NCBI GenBank assembly: GCA_049522565.1
Contig: JBEKNT010000001.1
Span: 677-64,676, forward strand
Origin: Acetobacteraceae bacterium
GTDB taxonomy: Bacteria > Pseudomonadota > Alphaproteobacteria > Acetobacterales > Acetobacteraceae
Length of the DNA stretch: 64,000 bases
Direction of reading: 5' to 3'
Shown here: one piece after another, positions 20,393 through 27,755 of the stretch
How the letters are laid out: every line of letters begins with the position of its first letter
Position numbering within the stretch: position 1 is the stretch's first letter
The notes under the pieces: generated by a model
What the model was told of the DNA's origin: nothing
The model's database searches: none
The model's input: the letters and a program-made list of their open reading frames with translations, nothing else
Made by a program: the position numbers and the translations under genes

Positions 20393-21904
20393 GTGGACGT
20401 GTCTGACTGGCAGCAGCTCAAAGTCGGGTTTGCGCAGGCGGCCGACGCCGACGCGCCATTCCCGGTGGACCGCTTCGCCGGCCGGGGCGTCGTCATCTGC
20501 GCCGGTGGCGCACGCATGTTCACCTGTGCCTGGATCACCATCGCGCTGCTGCGCCGGCACCTCGGCTGCACCCTGCCCATCGAGGTCTGGCATATGGGAC
20601 CGCAGGAGATGGGTCCGCCGATGCGCGGCTTTCTCGAGGAGCTGGGGGCGGCGGTGGTGGACGCCCACGAAGTGGCCAAGCGCCATCCGGTCGAGCGCCT
20701 CGGCGGCTGGGAGCTGAAGGCCTATGCCGTGCTGCATTCGCGTTTCGCCGAGGTGCTGCTGCTCGATGCCGACAATCTTCCGGTGCGCGATCCTGCCTTC
20801 CTGTTCGAGCGGCCGGAGTATCAGGAATCCGGCGCGCTGTTCTGGCCGGACATCGTTCGTCTGGCCCGATCGAACGAGGTCTGGAGCGTCGGCGACATCG
20901 CGTACCGCGACATGCCGTCGTTCGAATCCGGCCAGATGGTGCTGGACAAGGCGCGCTGCTGGCGCGCGCTGTGCCTGACTCACTGGATCAACCAGCATTC
21001 CGACCAGTTCTACCGCTTCCTGCACGGCGACAAGGATACCTTCCTGCTGGCCTGGCTGCGGCTGCGACAACCGTTTCACCTGATACGGCATCCACCGAAG
21101 ACGCTGTACGGCACGCTGTGCCAGCGCGACACCGACGGCGCCGTGCTGTTCCAGCACCGCAATTGGGCCAAATGGATTCTGCATGGCGACAATCCGCGCA
21201 TCGCCGGGTTCCGCCTGGAAGACGAGTGCCGCGCCCTGCTGGAAGAGCTGAAGCTGGCGTGGGACGGCCGCGTGTTCAATCCGCCGCCCCGCTCCGACGC
21301 AGCCAGGTCTATCGAAAACCTGCTCGCGCGGACGCGGGATTTCACGCTCACCCGGGTGTCCTCGGACGAGCGGCGGGTCGCCTTGCTGCCGGATCACCGC
21401 GTCGGTGGGGGCGTCAGTTTCGAGCGCTATTGGTATGTCGCCGACGGCCATCCCGACCCAGAGCTGAGGATCGAAGGCGAGGGCGTGCCGGTCCACACCC
21501 TGCGTCAGGATGGCGACGGGGTGTGGCGCGGCCGGATGCTGCAACCGCCCGGCATGCCGGTAGAGCTTGCGCCGTTTGCGTCGCCGGTAACCCACCCCGT
21601 ATCCGATGCGATGTCGGAGGTGTTGTTGGCACTTCTCGACGGTGTGCTCGACATCGGCGCGGCAATGCCGACCGACCGCGAGGTCGCTCGCGATGTGCTC
21701 GGCGCACTGCGTCTTTTCTCGGCCATCGACCCCGTCGTGGCCGAGCGTCTGGCGCAGGACGACGAGGCCTGGGTGACCACGCCGGCGCGGGCGCGCCTGA
21801 TCCGGTCGGTGCGCGCGGCCCTCGCCGCGAGCGGCGATATAGCGCCGGGACGCAATTGGCTGGGCCGGGGCTTCGCGCTCACCACCGGCTATGAGCGCCT
21901 GTGA
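20393..21904 (+). CDS. GT71-like glycosyltransferase (Mnn1/Mnn2/Mnn5 alpha-mannosyltransferase-type, Mannosyl_trans3-like)
   Basis: 503-aa ORF with GTG start. GVVICAGGARMFTCAWITIALLRRHLGCTLPIEVW, FAEVLLLDADNLPVRDPAFLFE, SGALFWPD, FESGQMVLDK and HGDKDTFLLAW closely match my recollection of the fungal Mnn2/Mnn5 family signature. Confidence 0.75.
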   Translation: MDVSDWQQLKVGFAQAADADAPFPVDRFAGRGVVICAGGARMFTCAWITIALLRRHLGCTLPIEVWHMGPQEMGPPMRGFLEELGAAVVDAHEVAKRHPVERLGGWELKAYAVLHSRFAEVLLLDADNLPVRDPAFLFERPEYQESGALFWPDIVRLARSNEVWSVGDIAYRDMPSFESGQMVLDKARCWRALCLTHWINQHSDQFYRFLHGDKDTFLLAWLRLRQPFHLIRHPPKTLYGTLCQRDTDGAVLFQHRNWAKWILHGDNPRIAGFRLEDECRALLEELKLAWDGRVFNPPPRSDAARSIENLLARTRDFTLTRVSSDERRVALLPDHRVGGGVSFERYWYVADGHPDPELRIEGEGVPVHTLRQDGDGVWRGRMLQPPGMPVELAPFASPVTHPVSDAMSEVLLALLDGVLDIGAAMPTDREVARDVLGALRLFSAIDPVVAERLAQDDEAWVTTPARARLIRSVRAALAASGDIAPGRNWLGRGFALTTGYERL

Positions 21905-23643
21905 TGCCGGAACCACAAGCCGGCGTGCCGGAAACGGTGTTGATTCTCACGCCAGTGAAGAACGCGGCCCGCTTTGCGGACAGCTATTTTGCCGCCCTGG
22001 CCAGGCTCACCTACCCGGCGGAGCAAATCTCGCTGGGCCTGCTGGAGAGCGACAGCGAGGACGACAGCTTCGCCTGCTTCGCGGCCCGGCTTGCCGGTCT
22101 ATCGCCGCCCTATGCCAGCGCCAGGATCTGGCGCAAGGATTTCGGCTACCGCATTCCTCCTGCTCTGCCCCGCTGGGCCCACGCGATCCAACTGCCACGC
22201 CGCAAGGTGCTGGCGAAGGCCCGCAACCATCTGCTGTTCCGCGCGCTCGACGACCACGATTGGGTGCTTTGGCTCGACGCCGACGTCATCGACTATCCGC
22301 CGGACCTGATCCAGCGGCTGCTCGCCACCGGGCGCGACATCGTTCATCCGCACTGCGTGCAGCAGCCGGGCGGCCCGACCTTCGATCGCAACGGATGGCG
22401 GGAGCATGGGCGCGTCCTGCTGGAGGATCTGCGGGACGGCCCCGACCTGGTGCGACTCGATTCGGTCGGCGGCACGGTGCTTCTGGTACGCGCCGACCTG
22501 CATCGCGACGGCCTGATCTTTCCCAGCTTTCCTTATGGCGCGGCAAACCGGGCCGTGCGCTACCCCCACCCGCTTGGGGTCAATGGCGAGTTGGAGACCG
22601 AGGGCCTGGGGATCATGGCGCTCGACATGGGGCATCAGTGCTGGGGCATGCCGAAGCTGGAAGTGCTGCACGCGCCCGACCCGCCGTCGGCCGCTGACCA
22701 GCCGGCAACGGCGCCGACCGCCAGCGCGCCGCCGGAGTCCGCTGACAACCGCTGGCGCCGCCAGATCCGCCTGCTGTCCTGCATGTTCGAGATCGAGACC
22801 GATTCGCCGGCGGTGCGGGATGCGCTCGACTTCTACGCGGTAACGGCGGAACAGCAGGTGCCGATCGACTATCGCGAGGATCTCACCCTGACCTGGACCG
22901 GCGATGCTTTCCGGCTCGCGAGCGGCGGGGCCGCGGAGGATTTCGAGATCGACCTCAACACCATTCTCGAGTCGCTGCATCAGCGTATCCAGGACCGCGC
23001 GGTATCGGCACTTGGCGACCATGGCTTCATCGCTGCTGCGTGCGGATGGCACGGCGCTGAGCATTTCCTGCTGCTCGGTGCCGCGGGTGCCGGCAAAACG
23101 AGCCTCGCCACGCGGCTGATGCTGGATGGCTTCGACCTCTCCGGCGACGCATGGGTGTTATTGCGCGACGGTCAGGCCACCGCGTGGCCGCGGCAGTTCC
23201 AGATTACCGAGGAATCCGTTGCCCTGCTGCCGCACCTGGCGAAGATCGAGCAACTTCGTGCCATCGCAGCGCAACCGCGTGCCGGCTACCGGGTGCGGCT
23301 CGATCCGCAGCATTTGGGGAGGCCGTGGCGGATTCGCCCCGCCCCGGTCTGCGCGATCTTCGACCTCGAACCCAATTTCGGCGCTCGCAGCACCATCCGG
23401 CCCTGCGGCAAGGTCGACATGGTGCGCCGCGTCATGGCGCGGTCGCTGGCGCCGGCCGTGCAGCACGACACCTGGCTCGCCGGTCTCTGTGCCGTCGTGG
23501 AGCGGGCGGCCACCTATGTCGTTGAACTCGGCGATCTCGATAGCGCCGCGGCGGCGATCGCGGACCGGCTGTCCCGCGCTGGCGCTTCCCAGGTCACGGC
23601 CGGGCTCGAATCGGCCACCTGTGCAGAAGCGGTGCCGCGATAG
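21901..23643 (+). CDS. Fusion protein: N-terminal GT62-like (Anp1/Mnn9/Van1-type) glycosyltransferase, C-terminal HprK-like P-loop domain
   Basis: 580-aa ORF overlapping the upstream stop (GTGATG). N-terminal half: TVLILTPVKNAARF...LTYPAEQISLGLLESDSED, LAKARNHLLFRAL..WVLWLDADVIDYPPDLIQRL, GGTVLLVRADLHRDGLIFPSFPYG, ETEGLGIMALDMG. C-terminal half (about nt 22768 onward): AACGWHGAEHFLLLGAAGAGKTSLATRLMLDGFDLSGDAWVLL, like HPr-kinase-related P-loop proteins. Confidence 0.72.
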   Translation: MMPEPQAGVPETVLILTPVKNAARFADSYFAALARLTYPAEQISLGLLESDSEDDSFACFAARLAGLSPPYASARIWRKDFGYRIPPALPRWAHAIQLPRRKVLAKARNHLLFRALDDHDWVLWLDADVIDYPPDLIQRLLATGRDIVHPHCVQQPGGPTFDRNGWREHGRVLLEDLRDGPDLVRLDSVGGTVLLVRADLHRDGLIFPSFPYGAANRAVRYPHPLGVNGELETEGLGIMALDMGHQCWGMPKLEVLHAPDPPSAADQPATAPTASAPPESADNRWRRQIRLLSCMFEIETDSPAVRDALDFYAVTAEQQVPIDYREDLTLTWTGDAFRLASGGAAEDFEIDLNTILESLHQRIQDRAVSALGDHGFIAAACGWHGAEHFLLLGAAGAGKTSLATRLMLDGFDLSGDAWVLLRDGQATAWPRQFQITEESVALLPHLAKIEQLRAIAAQPRAGYRVRLDPQHLGRPWRIRPAPVCAIFDLEPNFGARSTIRPCGKVDMVRRVMARSLAPAVQHDTWLAGLCAVVERAATYVVELGDLDSAAAAIADRLSRAGASQVTAGLESATCAEAVPR

Positions 23644-23646
23644 ATG

Positions 23647-23876
23647 GCCGGGTCAAGCCCCGTAGGCGTCAGGATTAAGCCCAAGGTGAGAGGACCGTAT
23701 TGCCCACATCGTCATGGCGGGCGAAGGTCCGCCATCCACGACTGTGCCGCTCGCACGGAGGAAAGGCGGGGATGGCGGGCCTTCGCCCGCCATGACGATG
23801 AACGGATGGCCCGCGGCTCGGAGAGGATTCTTCCGTCGTCCGGCCTCAACCTGACGCCTATGGGGCTTGGCCGGCC
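23647..23876. repeat. Composite nested palindromic repeat (family A-related) filling the GT62/GT4 intergenic space
   Basis: Outer arms are GGCCGGGTCAAGCCCCGTAGGCGTCAGG (23647-23674) and CCTGACGCCTATGGGGCTTGGCCGGCC (23850-23876). Inner palindrome is CGTCATGGCGGGCGAAGGTCCGCCATCC...GGATGGCGGGCCTTCGCCCGCCATGACG (23710-23797). Confidence 0.75.
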
Positions 23877-25196
23877 ATGACGACCGGGGCCGGGTCGGGG
23901 GACGGTGCTCCCGATCGCGGCCGGGGAAGCACGCCGATACCCCGGCCGAGCCTGGTTTATGTCACGCCGCTGATGCCGCGGACCACCGGCAACGGCCTGG
24001 CGATGCGCGCGGCGGCGATCCTGGAGGCCCTGGCACAGTGCTTCGAAGTCCACCTGTTCGTGGTGCCGGTCGCCGGCGAGGCCGGGCCGCCATGCGATTT
24101 CGTCCGCCGTTATGCGGCGCGTAGCGTCGTGCTGGATCTGGCGCAGACGCTAGATCCGCTGTTCGCGCTGATTACCAGCATCCGCGATCCGGTGGAACGC
24201 GCGCAGGCCGCGTTGGCCTATCCGAAGCCGTTCCTGAGCCGCGCCTGCACCAGCGAGAGCGGGCGTCACCTCGTCGCGTGGAGCCGCGACATCCGGCCGC
24301 GGGCGGTTCACGTCATGCGGCTGTACCTCGCGCCCGTCATCGATCCCTTCCTGCGCATGCGGCAGCCGGACCGCCCGTTCCGCGTGCTCGATCTCGACGA
24401 TGACGAGGTCGTCTCGCATGAACGTCTCGCCGCGTTGTACGACGCCGCGGGTGATGCGAGCACGGCGCGGGCCATGCGTGCGGAGGCGCGGAAGTATCGC
24501 AGCTTCGCCGCCCGCTACCTGCCCGTGTTCGACCGGGTGGGCGTGTGCTCTGCGCTGGACGCGCGCCGTCTGGCCGATTGCTTCCCTGGCGCGCGGTTTG
24601 CTGTCCTGCCCAACAGCATCGGCGCGCGCCCCCGTGCGCCGCGGCCGATGGCCCGTCAGGCACTGCGGCTGTTGTTCGTCGGGACGCTCGGGTATTTTCC
24701 GAATACCGATGCGGCACTGTTCCTCTGCGGCGAGGTGCTCCAAGTCTTGCGCCGGCTGACCGATCGCGTGATTGTGATAGACGTGGCCGGGGCGGGCGAT
24801 ACCAGCGCCTTGCGAGACCTTGCCCGAAACCCGGAGGTGACGCTGCACGGATACCTGGAGGACCTGGCGCCGCTTTACACCGCAGCCGACATGGCGGTGG
24901 TCCCGCTGCGCTCCGGCGGCGGCACGCGGATCAAAATCCTTGAAGCCTTTGCGTATGGTGTGCCGGTGGTGGCCACCCGCCTCGCGGCCGAGGGCATCGC
25001 GGTGACGGATGGCGACCATCTGCTGCTCGCCGACGATGCCGAAAGCTTCGCGCGCGCTTGCCTCGCGACTGCACAACGGCCTGATCTTGCCGCCGCGCGC
25101 GCCGAACGCGCCGCGCGCCTGGTCACGACGCAGCACAGCCCCAAGCGGTTGCAGGACGCCGTTGCGGCGCTTTACGCCGGCGCGGATTTCACCTGA
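23877..25196 (+). CDS. Family 4 (GT-B) glycosyltransferase
   Basis: 439-aa ORF. LLFVGTLGYFPNTDA..., LHGYLEDLAPLYTAADMAVVPLRSGGGTRIKILEAFAYGVPVVATRLAAEGI (EX7E-type C-terminal region). The ATG abuts the right arm of the repeat, so the exact start is uncertain. Confidence 0.82.
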   Translation: MTTGAGSGDGAPDRGRGSTPIPRPSLVYVTPLMPRTTGNGLAMRAAAILEALAQCFEVHLFVVPVAGEAGPPCDFVRRYAARSVVLDLAQTLDPLFALITSIRDPVERAQAALAYPKPFLSRACTSESGRHLVAWSRDIRPRAVHVMRLYLAPVIDPFLRMRQPDRPFRVLDLDDDEVVSHERLAALYDAAGDASTARAMRAEARKYRSFAARYLPVFDRVGVCSALDARRLADCFPGARFAVLPNSIGARPRAPRPMARQALRLLFVGTLGYFPNTDAALFLCGEVLQVLRRLTDRVIVIDVAGAGDTSALRDLARNPEVTLHGYLEDLAPLYTAADMAVVPLRSGGGTRIKILEAFAYGVPVVATRLAAEGIAVTDGDHLLLADDAESFARACLATAQRPDLAAARAERAARLVTTQHSPKRLQDAVAALYAGADFT

Positions 25197-25207
25197 GAGT
25201 GCCGGGC

Positions 25208-25477
25208 ATGACCGAAACGACAACCGATCGGCCCGACAAGACGGTGGGCCTCGAAATCAATCCGGTGACCGACGGCTATATCATCTACCAAGCCGACCGT
25301 GACCGCGTGCACTACCTCAACCAGACCGCGGCGATCGTGTTCGAGTTGTGCAATGGTCACAATGCAATAGACGATCTGGCGCGAATGGTGCAGCAGGCCT
25401 GGCAGTTGACGTCGCCGCCGACCGAGGACGTGATGGAGTGCCTCGATGCGCTGCGGCAGGAGGGACTGATCCGCTGA
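25208..25477 (+). CDS. PqqD-family protein (RiPP-recognition-element-like peptide chaperone)
   Basis: About 90 aa. INPVTDGYIIYQADRDRVHYLNQTAAIVFELCNGHNAIDDLARMVQQAW...DVMECLDALRQEGLI matches the PqqD-family pattern. Alternative GTG start at 25199, 3 nt after the GT4 stop. Confidence 0.78.
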   Translation: MTETTTDRPDKTVGLEINPVTDGYIIYQADRDRVHYLNQTAAIVFELCNGHNAIDDLARMVQQAWQLTSPPTEDVMECLDALRQEGLIR

Positions 25478-25569
25478 GCGGCCCGCAGCGCTGTGCCGGT
25501 ATGCACTATTGAATTCCTTGCGTGAGGTTTGGCCGCCCCCTACCATTGCGGTAACGGAGGGGAGCCACG

Positions 25570-26448
25570 ATGGACCAGGACGAGGTTCCGGAAGTCCTGC
25601 TGGCTTGCGTGGATCAGAGCAGGCGCACTTTCGTTCGCAAGTTGATCATCGGTAGCGGGTTCGTCAGCCCGATGGTGTCGTCGTTTGCCATGGGGGGGCT
25701 GGCCCTCGCGCAAACTGTTCCGCTCGGGTCGAACCTCACCAGCCCCGCACCATCGCCGTCTCCCTCCGGTCCGATCGGGTCGAACCTTACCGGCCCGTCT
25801 CCCGCTCCTGGGCGCTCTCCGACCGGCAGCCCGGCGCCAGCGCCGTCTCCCTCCGGTCCGATCGGGTCGAACCTCACCGGGCCGTCTCCCGCTCCTGGGC
25901 GCTCTCCGACCGGCAGCCCGGCACCATCGCCGTCTCCCTCCGGCCCGATCGGGTCGAATCTTGGCGGCCCGATCGGGTCGAATCTTGGCGGTCCGATCGG
26001 GTCGAATATCCGCGGCCCGATCGGGTCGAACCTTGGCGGTCCGATCGGGTCGAACCTCGGCGGTCCGATCGGGTCGAACCTCGGCGGTCCGATTGGGTCG
26101 CACATCCGCGGCCCGATCGGGTCGAACCTCGGCGGTCCGATCGGGTCGAACCTCGGCGGCCCGATCGGGTCCCACATCCGCGGTCCGATCGGGTCGAACC
26201 TCGGAGGTCCGGCGCCATCGCCGTCTCCCGGCGGCCCGATCGTCAGCCCGGCACCAGCGCCGTCGCCCTCTGGTTCGACGCCTTCGGGATCGCCCGCCCC
26301 CGGACCGGCCAGCGCGGTGCCTGAGCCGGCCAGCGCACTGCTGCTCGGCAGCGCTGTCGCCCTGACCGGTGGTGGCCTGCTGGCGCGTCGCGTGCGCGAG
26401 CGTGTGCGCCAACTGTTGGAGAAATGGGCCGAGGGGGAGGACCGATAG
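25570..26448 (+). CDS. Tat-signal, PEP-CTERM-anchored repeat protein (Ser/Pro-rich blocks + 11 tandem GPIGS(N/H)(L/I)(G/R) octads)
   Basis: ATG preceded by GGAGGGGAG. Twin-arginine motif SRRTFVRKL (25618-) followed by a hydrophobic stretch ending ALA-Q. Two 29-aa units SPAP(S/A)PSPSGPIGSNLTGPSPAPGRSPTG. 11 consecutive octads. C-terminus AVPEPASALLLGSAVALTGGGLLARRVRERVR (PEP at 26320-26328) is a PEP-CTERM-type sorting signal, with an unusually long 11-aa tail after the basic cluster. Confidence 0.8.
   Translation: MDQDEVPEVLLACVDQSRRTFVRKLIIGSGFVSPMVSSFAMGGLALAQTVPLGSNLTSPAPSPSPSGPIGSNLTGPSPAPGRSPTGSPAPAPSPSGPIGSNLTGPSPAPGRSPTGSPAPSPSPSGPIGSNLGGPIGSNLGGPIGSNIRGPIGSNLGGPIGSNLGGPIGSNLGGPIGSHIRGPIGSNLGGPIGSNLGGPIGSHIRGPIGSNLGGPAPSPSPGGPIVSPAPAPSPSGSTPSGSPAPGPASAVPEPASALLLGSAVALTGGGLLARRVRERVRQLLEKWAEGEDR
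25741..25914 (+). repeat. 2 x 87-bp in-frame tandem repeat (a third partial copy runs to 25941)
   Basis: Near-identical DNA units encoding SPAP(S/A)PSPSGPIGSNLTGPSPAPGRSPTG. Confidence 0.85.
25942..26205 (+). repeat. 11 x 24-bp in-frame tandem repeat (GGCGGTCCGATCGGGTCGAACCTC consensus)
   Basis: Contiguous units with only synonymous or near-synonymous variation. Units 3, 7 and 10 encode the NIR/HIR variants. Confidence 0.9.
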
Positions 26449-27755
26449 CCCGTCGATCGATCAGGATCGTGCTGGCAGCGGCCGGGATAGCCGCCCTCGC
26501 GGCCGGCAGTATCGCGTTGCGGCCGTGGTTTGCGACTCCGCGCTCGGTCGGCGAAATCCGGCGACTGGTCGCAGCGCACGACAGCGACGCGGCACTTCGC
26601 GTCGCAGCCGATCTTCTGGCGCGCGACCCCGCCGATCCGCGGCTGCTTGAGATCCTGGACACGCTGTTTGCCGGGCTGTGCGACGCGGCGACCGGCGAGC
26701 CGGCGGCGCCCCGTTCCGGCGCCGCGGTACGGCGCATCACCATCACCCTGCGGAATGCCCTGCGCAACGGTCCGGAAAGTCCTGTCGCCGACGAGGTTTT
26801 CGGGAAGTTCGCCGTTGCCGGCGGTTATAACGAACTGGCTGCCGCCGCCCTGCGGCGCGCCGAGACCCTGGGCGTGCCCGCGGATCGCGTGGACGCGCCG
26901 CTGGCCCTGGCACTGCTGCGGGCTGGCCGGTATCAGGATGTGCTTCAGATGACCCAGCCCGAGGCAGCGTCTTCGCCCCGGCATCGCGCCGTGTTGCTGA
27001 CGTTGCAGGCACGTGCCTATCTCGGGCTTGCGCAGGATGCCGAGGCCCGCAACGGCTTCGCGGCGGCGCTCGCGTCCGATCCCGGTGACACCGATGCGCT
27101 CTCCCGCCTCGGCATGCTGGCGCTGTGGCACGACCGCGACGCATCCGCGGCCGCCGCCCTGCTGGCACGTGCCCGGGCGGCGGCGCCTGACGGGTTGCCG
27201 ACGCTGCGCCTGGCCGGCGAATACGACTATGCCACCGGCGACTATCGCGGCAGCGCGGCGGCCTATGGCGCTCTGGTGCGGCGCGGCACCCCCGAGACGT
27301 TCGACCCGATTCCTCCCAGCCTGGGAGCAGCCCGCGCTTTGACGTACGCGGGCGATCTGGCAGCGGCGCAGGCGGCGCTGGATGCCTCGCCGTTGCCCGC
27401 CGGCGATCCCGCATTGCGTTACTATCGCGCCTTGCTGGCCTATCGCGCCGGGGATTTCGAGCGCGCCGCCGACCTGGCGCAATCCCTTGCTGCCGCCTGG
27501 CCCAATTACCCGCCGCTGGAGTTGCTGCTTGGCGGCGCCTTGCTGGCCAGCGATCTTCCCGCGATGGCCGCGGCACGCCTGGCGCATTATGTTGCCGAGG
27601 TTCCGGGCGACGGCGCGGCACGCGACCTGCTGCAAAAGGCGCAGCGCGGCATGACCGATCCGATGGCCGCTATCGTGTCGCCGCAGGAATTGCTGGTGGC
27701 CCTCGGATTTCCGCTGTCCACTGGGGCAGGCTCTGCCGGGAAGGATGGTTTCTGA
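26424..27755 (+). CDS. TPR-repeat protein with N-terminal membrane anchor
   Basis: 443-aa ORF. RSIRIVLAAAGIAALAAGSIAL looks like a TM segment, followed by Ala/Leu/Arg-rich TPR-like helices (ARAYLGLAQDAEARNGFAAALASDPGDTDALSRLGMLAL...). The ATG overlaps the end of the upstream gene by 25 nt. Confidence 0.7.
   Translation: MGRGGGPIARRSIRIVLAAAGIAALAAGSIALRPWFATPRSVGEIRRLVAAHDSDAALRVAADLLARDPADPRLLEILDTLFAGLCDAATGEPAAPRSGAAVRRITITLRNALRNGPESPVADEVFGKFAVAGGYNELAAAALRRAETLGVPADRVDAPLALALLRAGRYQDVLQMTQPEAASSPRHRAVLLTLQARAYLGLAQDAEARNGFAAALASDPGDTDALSRLGMLALWHDRDASAAAALLARARAAAPDGLPTLRLAGEYDYATGDYRGSAAAYGALVRRGTPETFDPIPPSLGAARALTYAGDLAAAQAALDASPLPAGDPALRYYRALLAYRAGDFERAADLAQSLAAAWPNYPPLELLLGGALLASDLPAMAAARLAHYVAEVPGDGAARDLLQKAQRGMTDPMAAIVSPQELLVALGFPLSTGAGSAGKDGF

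Noticed and set aside
20915-20935. GTTCGAATCC string resembling a tRNA T-arm
   Set aside because: It lies inside the well-supported GT71-like CDS, and no cloverleaf-compatible flanks are evident.
19181-21916. 911-aa minus-strand ORF spanning the GT2 and GT71-like genes
   Set aside because: It crosses two well-supported plus-strand genes and an intergenic gap, and its composition is Arg/His/Gly/Pro-rich. Artefact.
25942-26205. Possible CRISPR array, because of regularly spaced 24-bp repeats
   Set aside because: The repeats are contiguous with no spacers, are in-frame inside a CDS, and no cas genes are present.
25942-26205. Ice-nucleation-protein-like function, because of the 8-residue periodicity
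   Set aside because: Only the period length is shared. The GPIGSNLG unit has no similarity to the AGYGSTxT-type octads, and the array of 11 units is far shorter than in ice-nucleation proteins.
25540-27635. Minus-strand ORFs 25540-26412 (RPDRTAEVRPDR... repeats) and 25614-27635 (673 aa)
   Set aside because: The repeat peptide is just the antisense reading of the 24-bp coding repeats. The sense strand has an RBS, a signal peptide and a PEP-CTERM end. The antisense frames lack any start context or motif.
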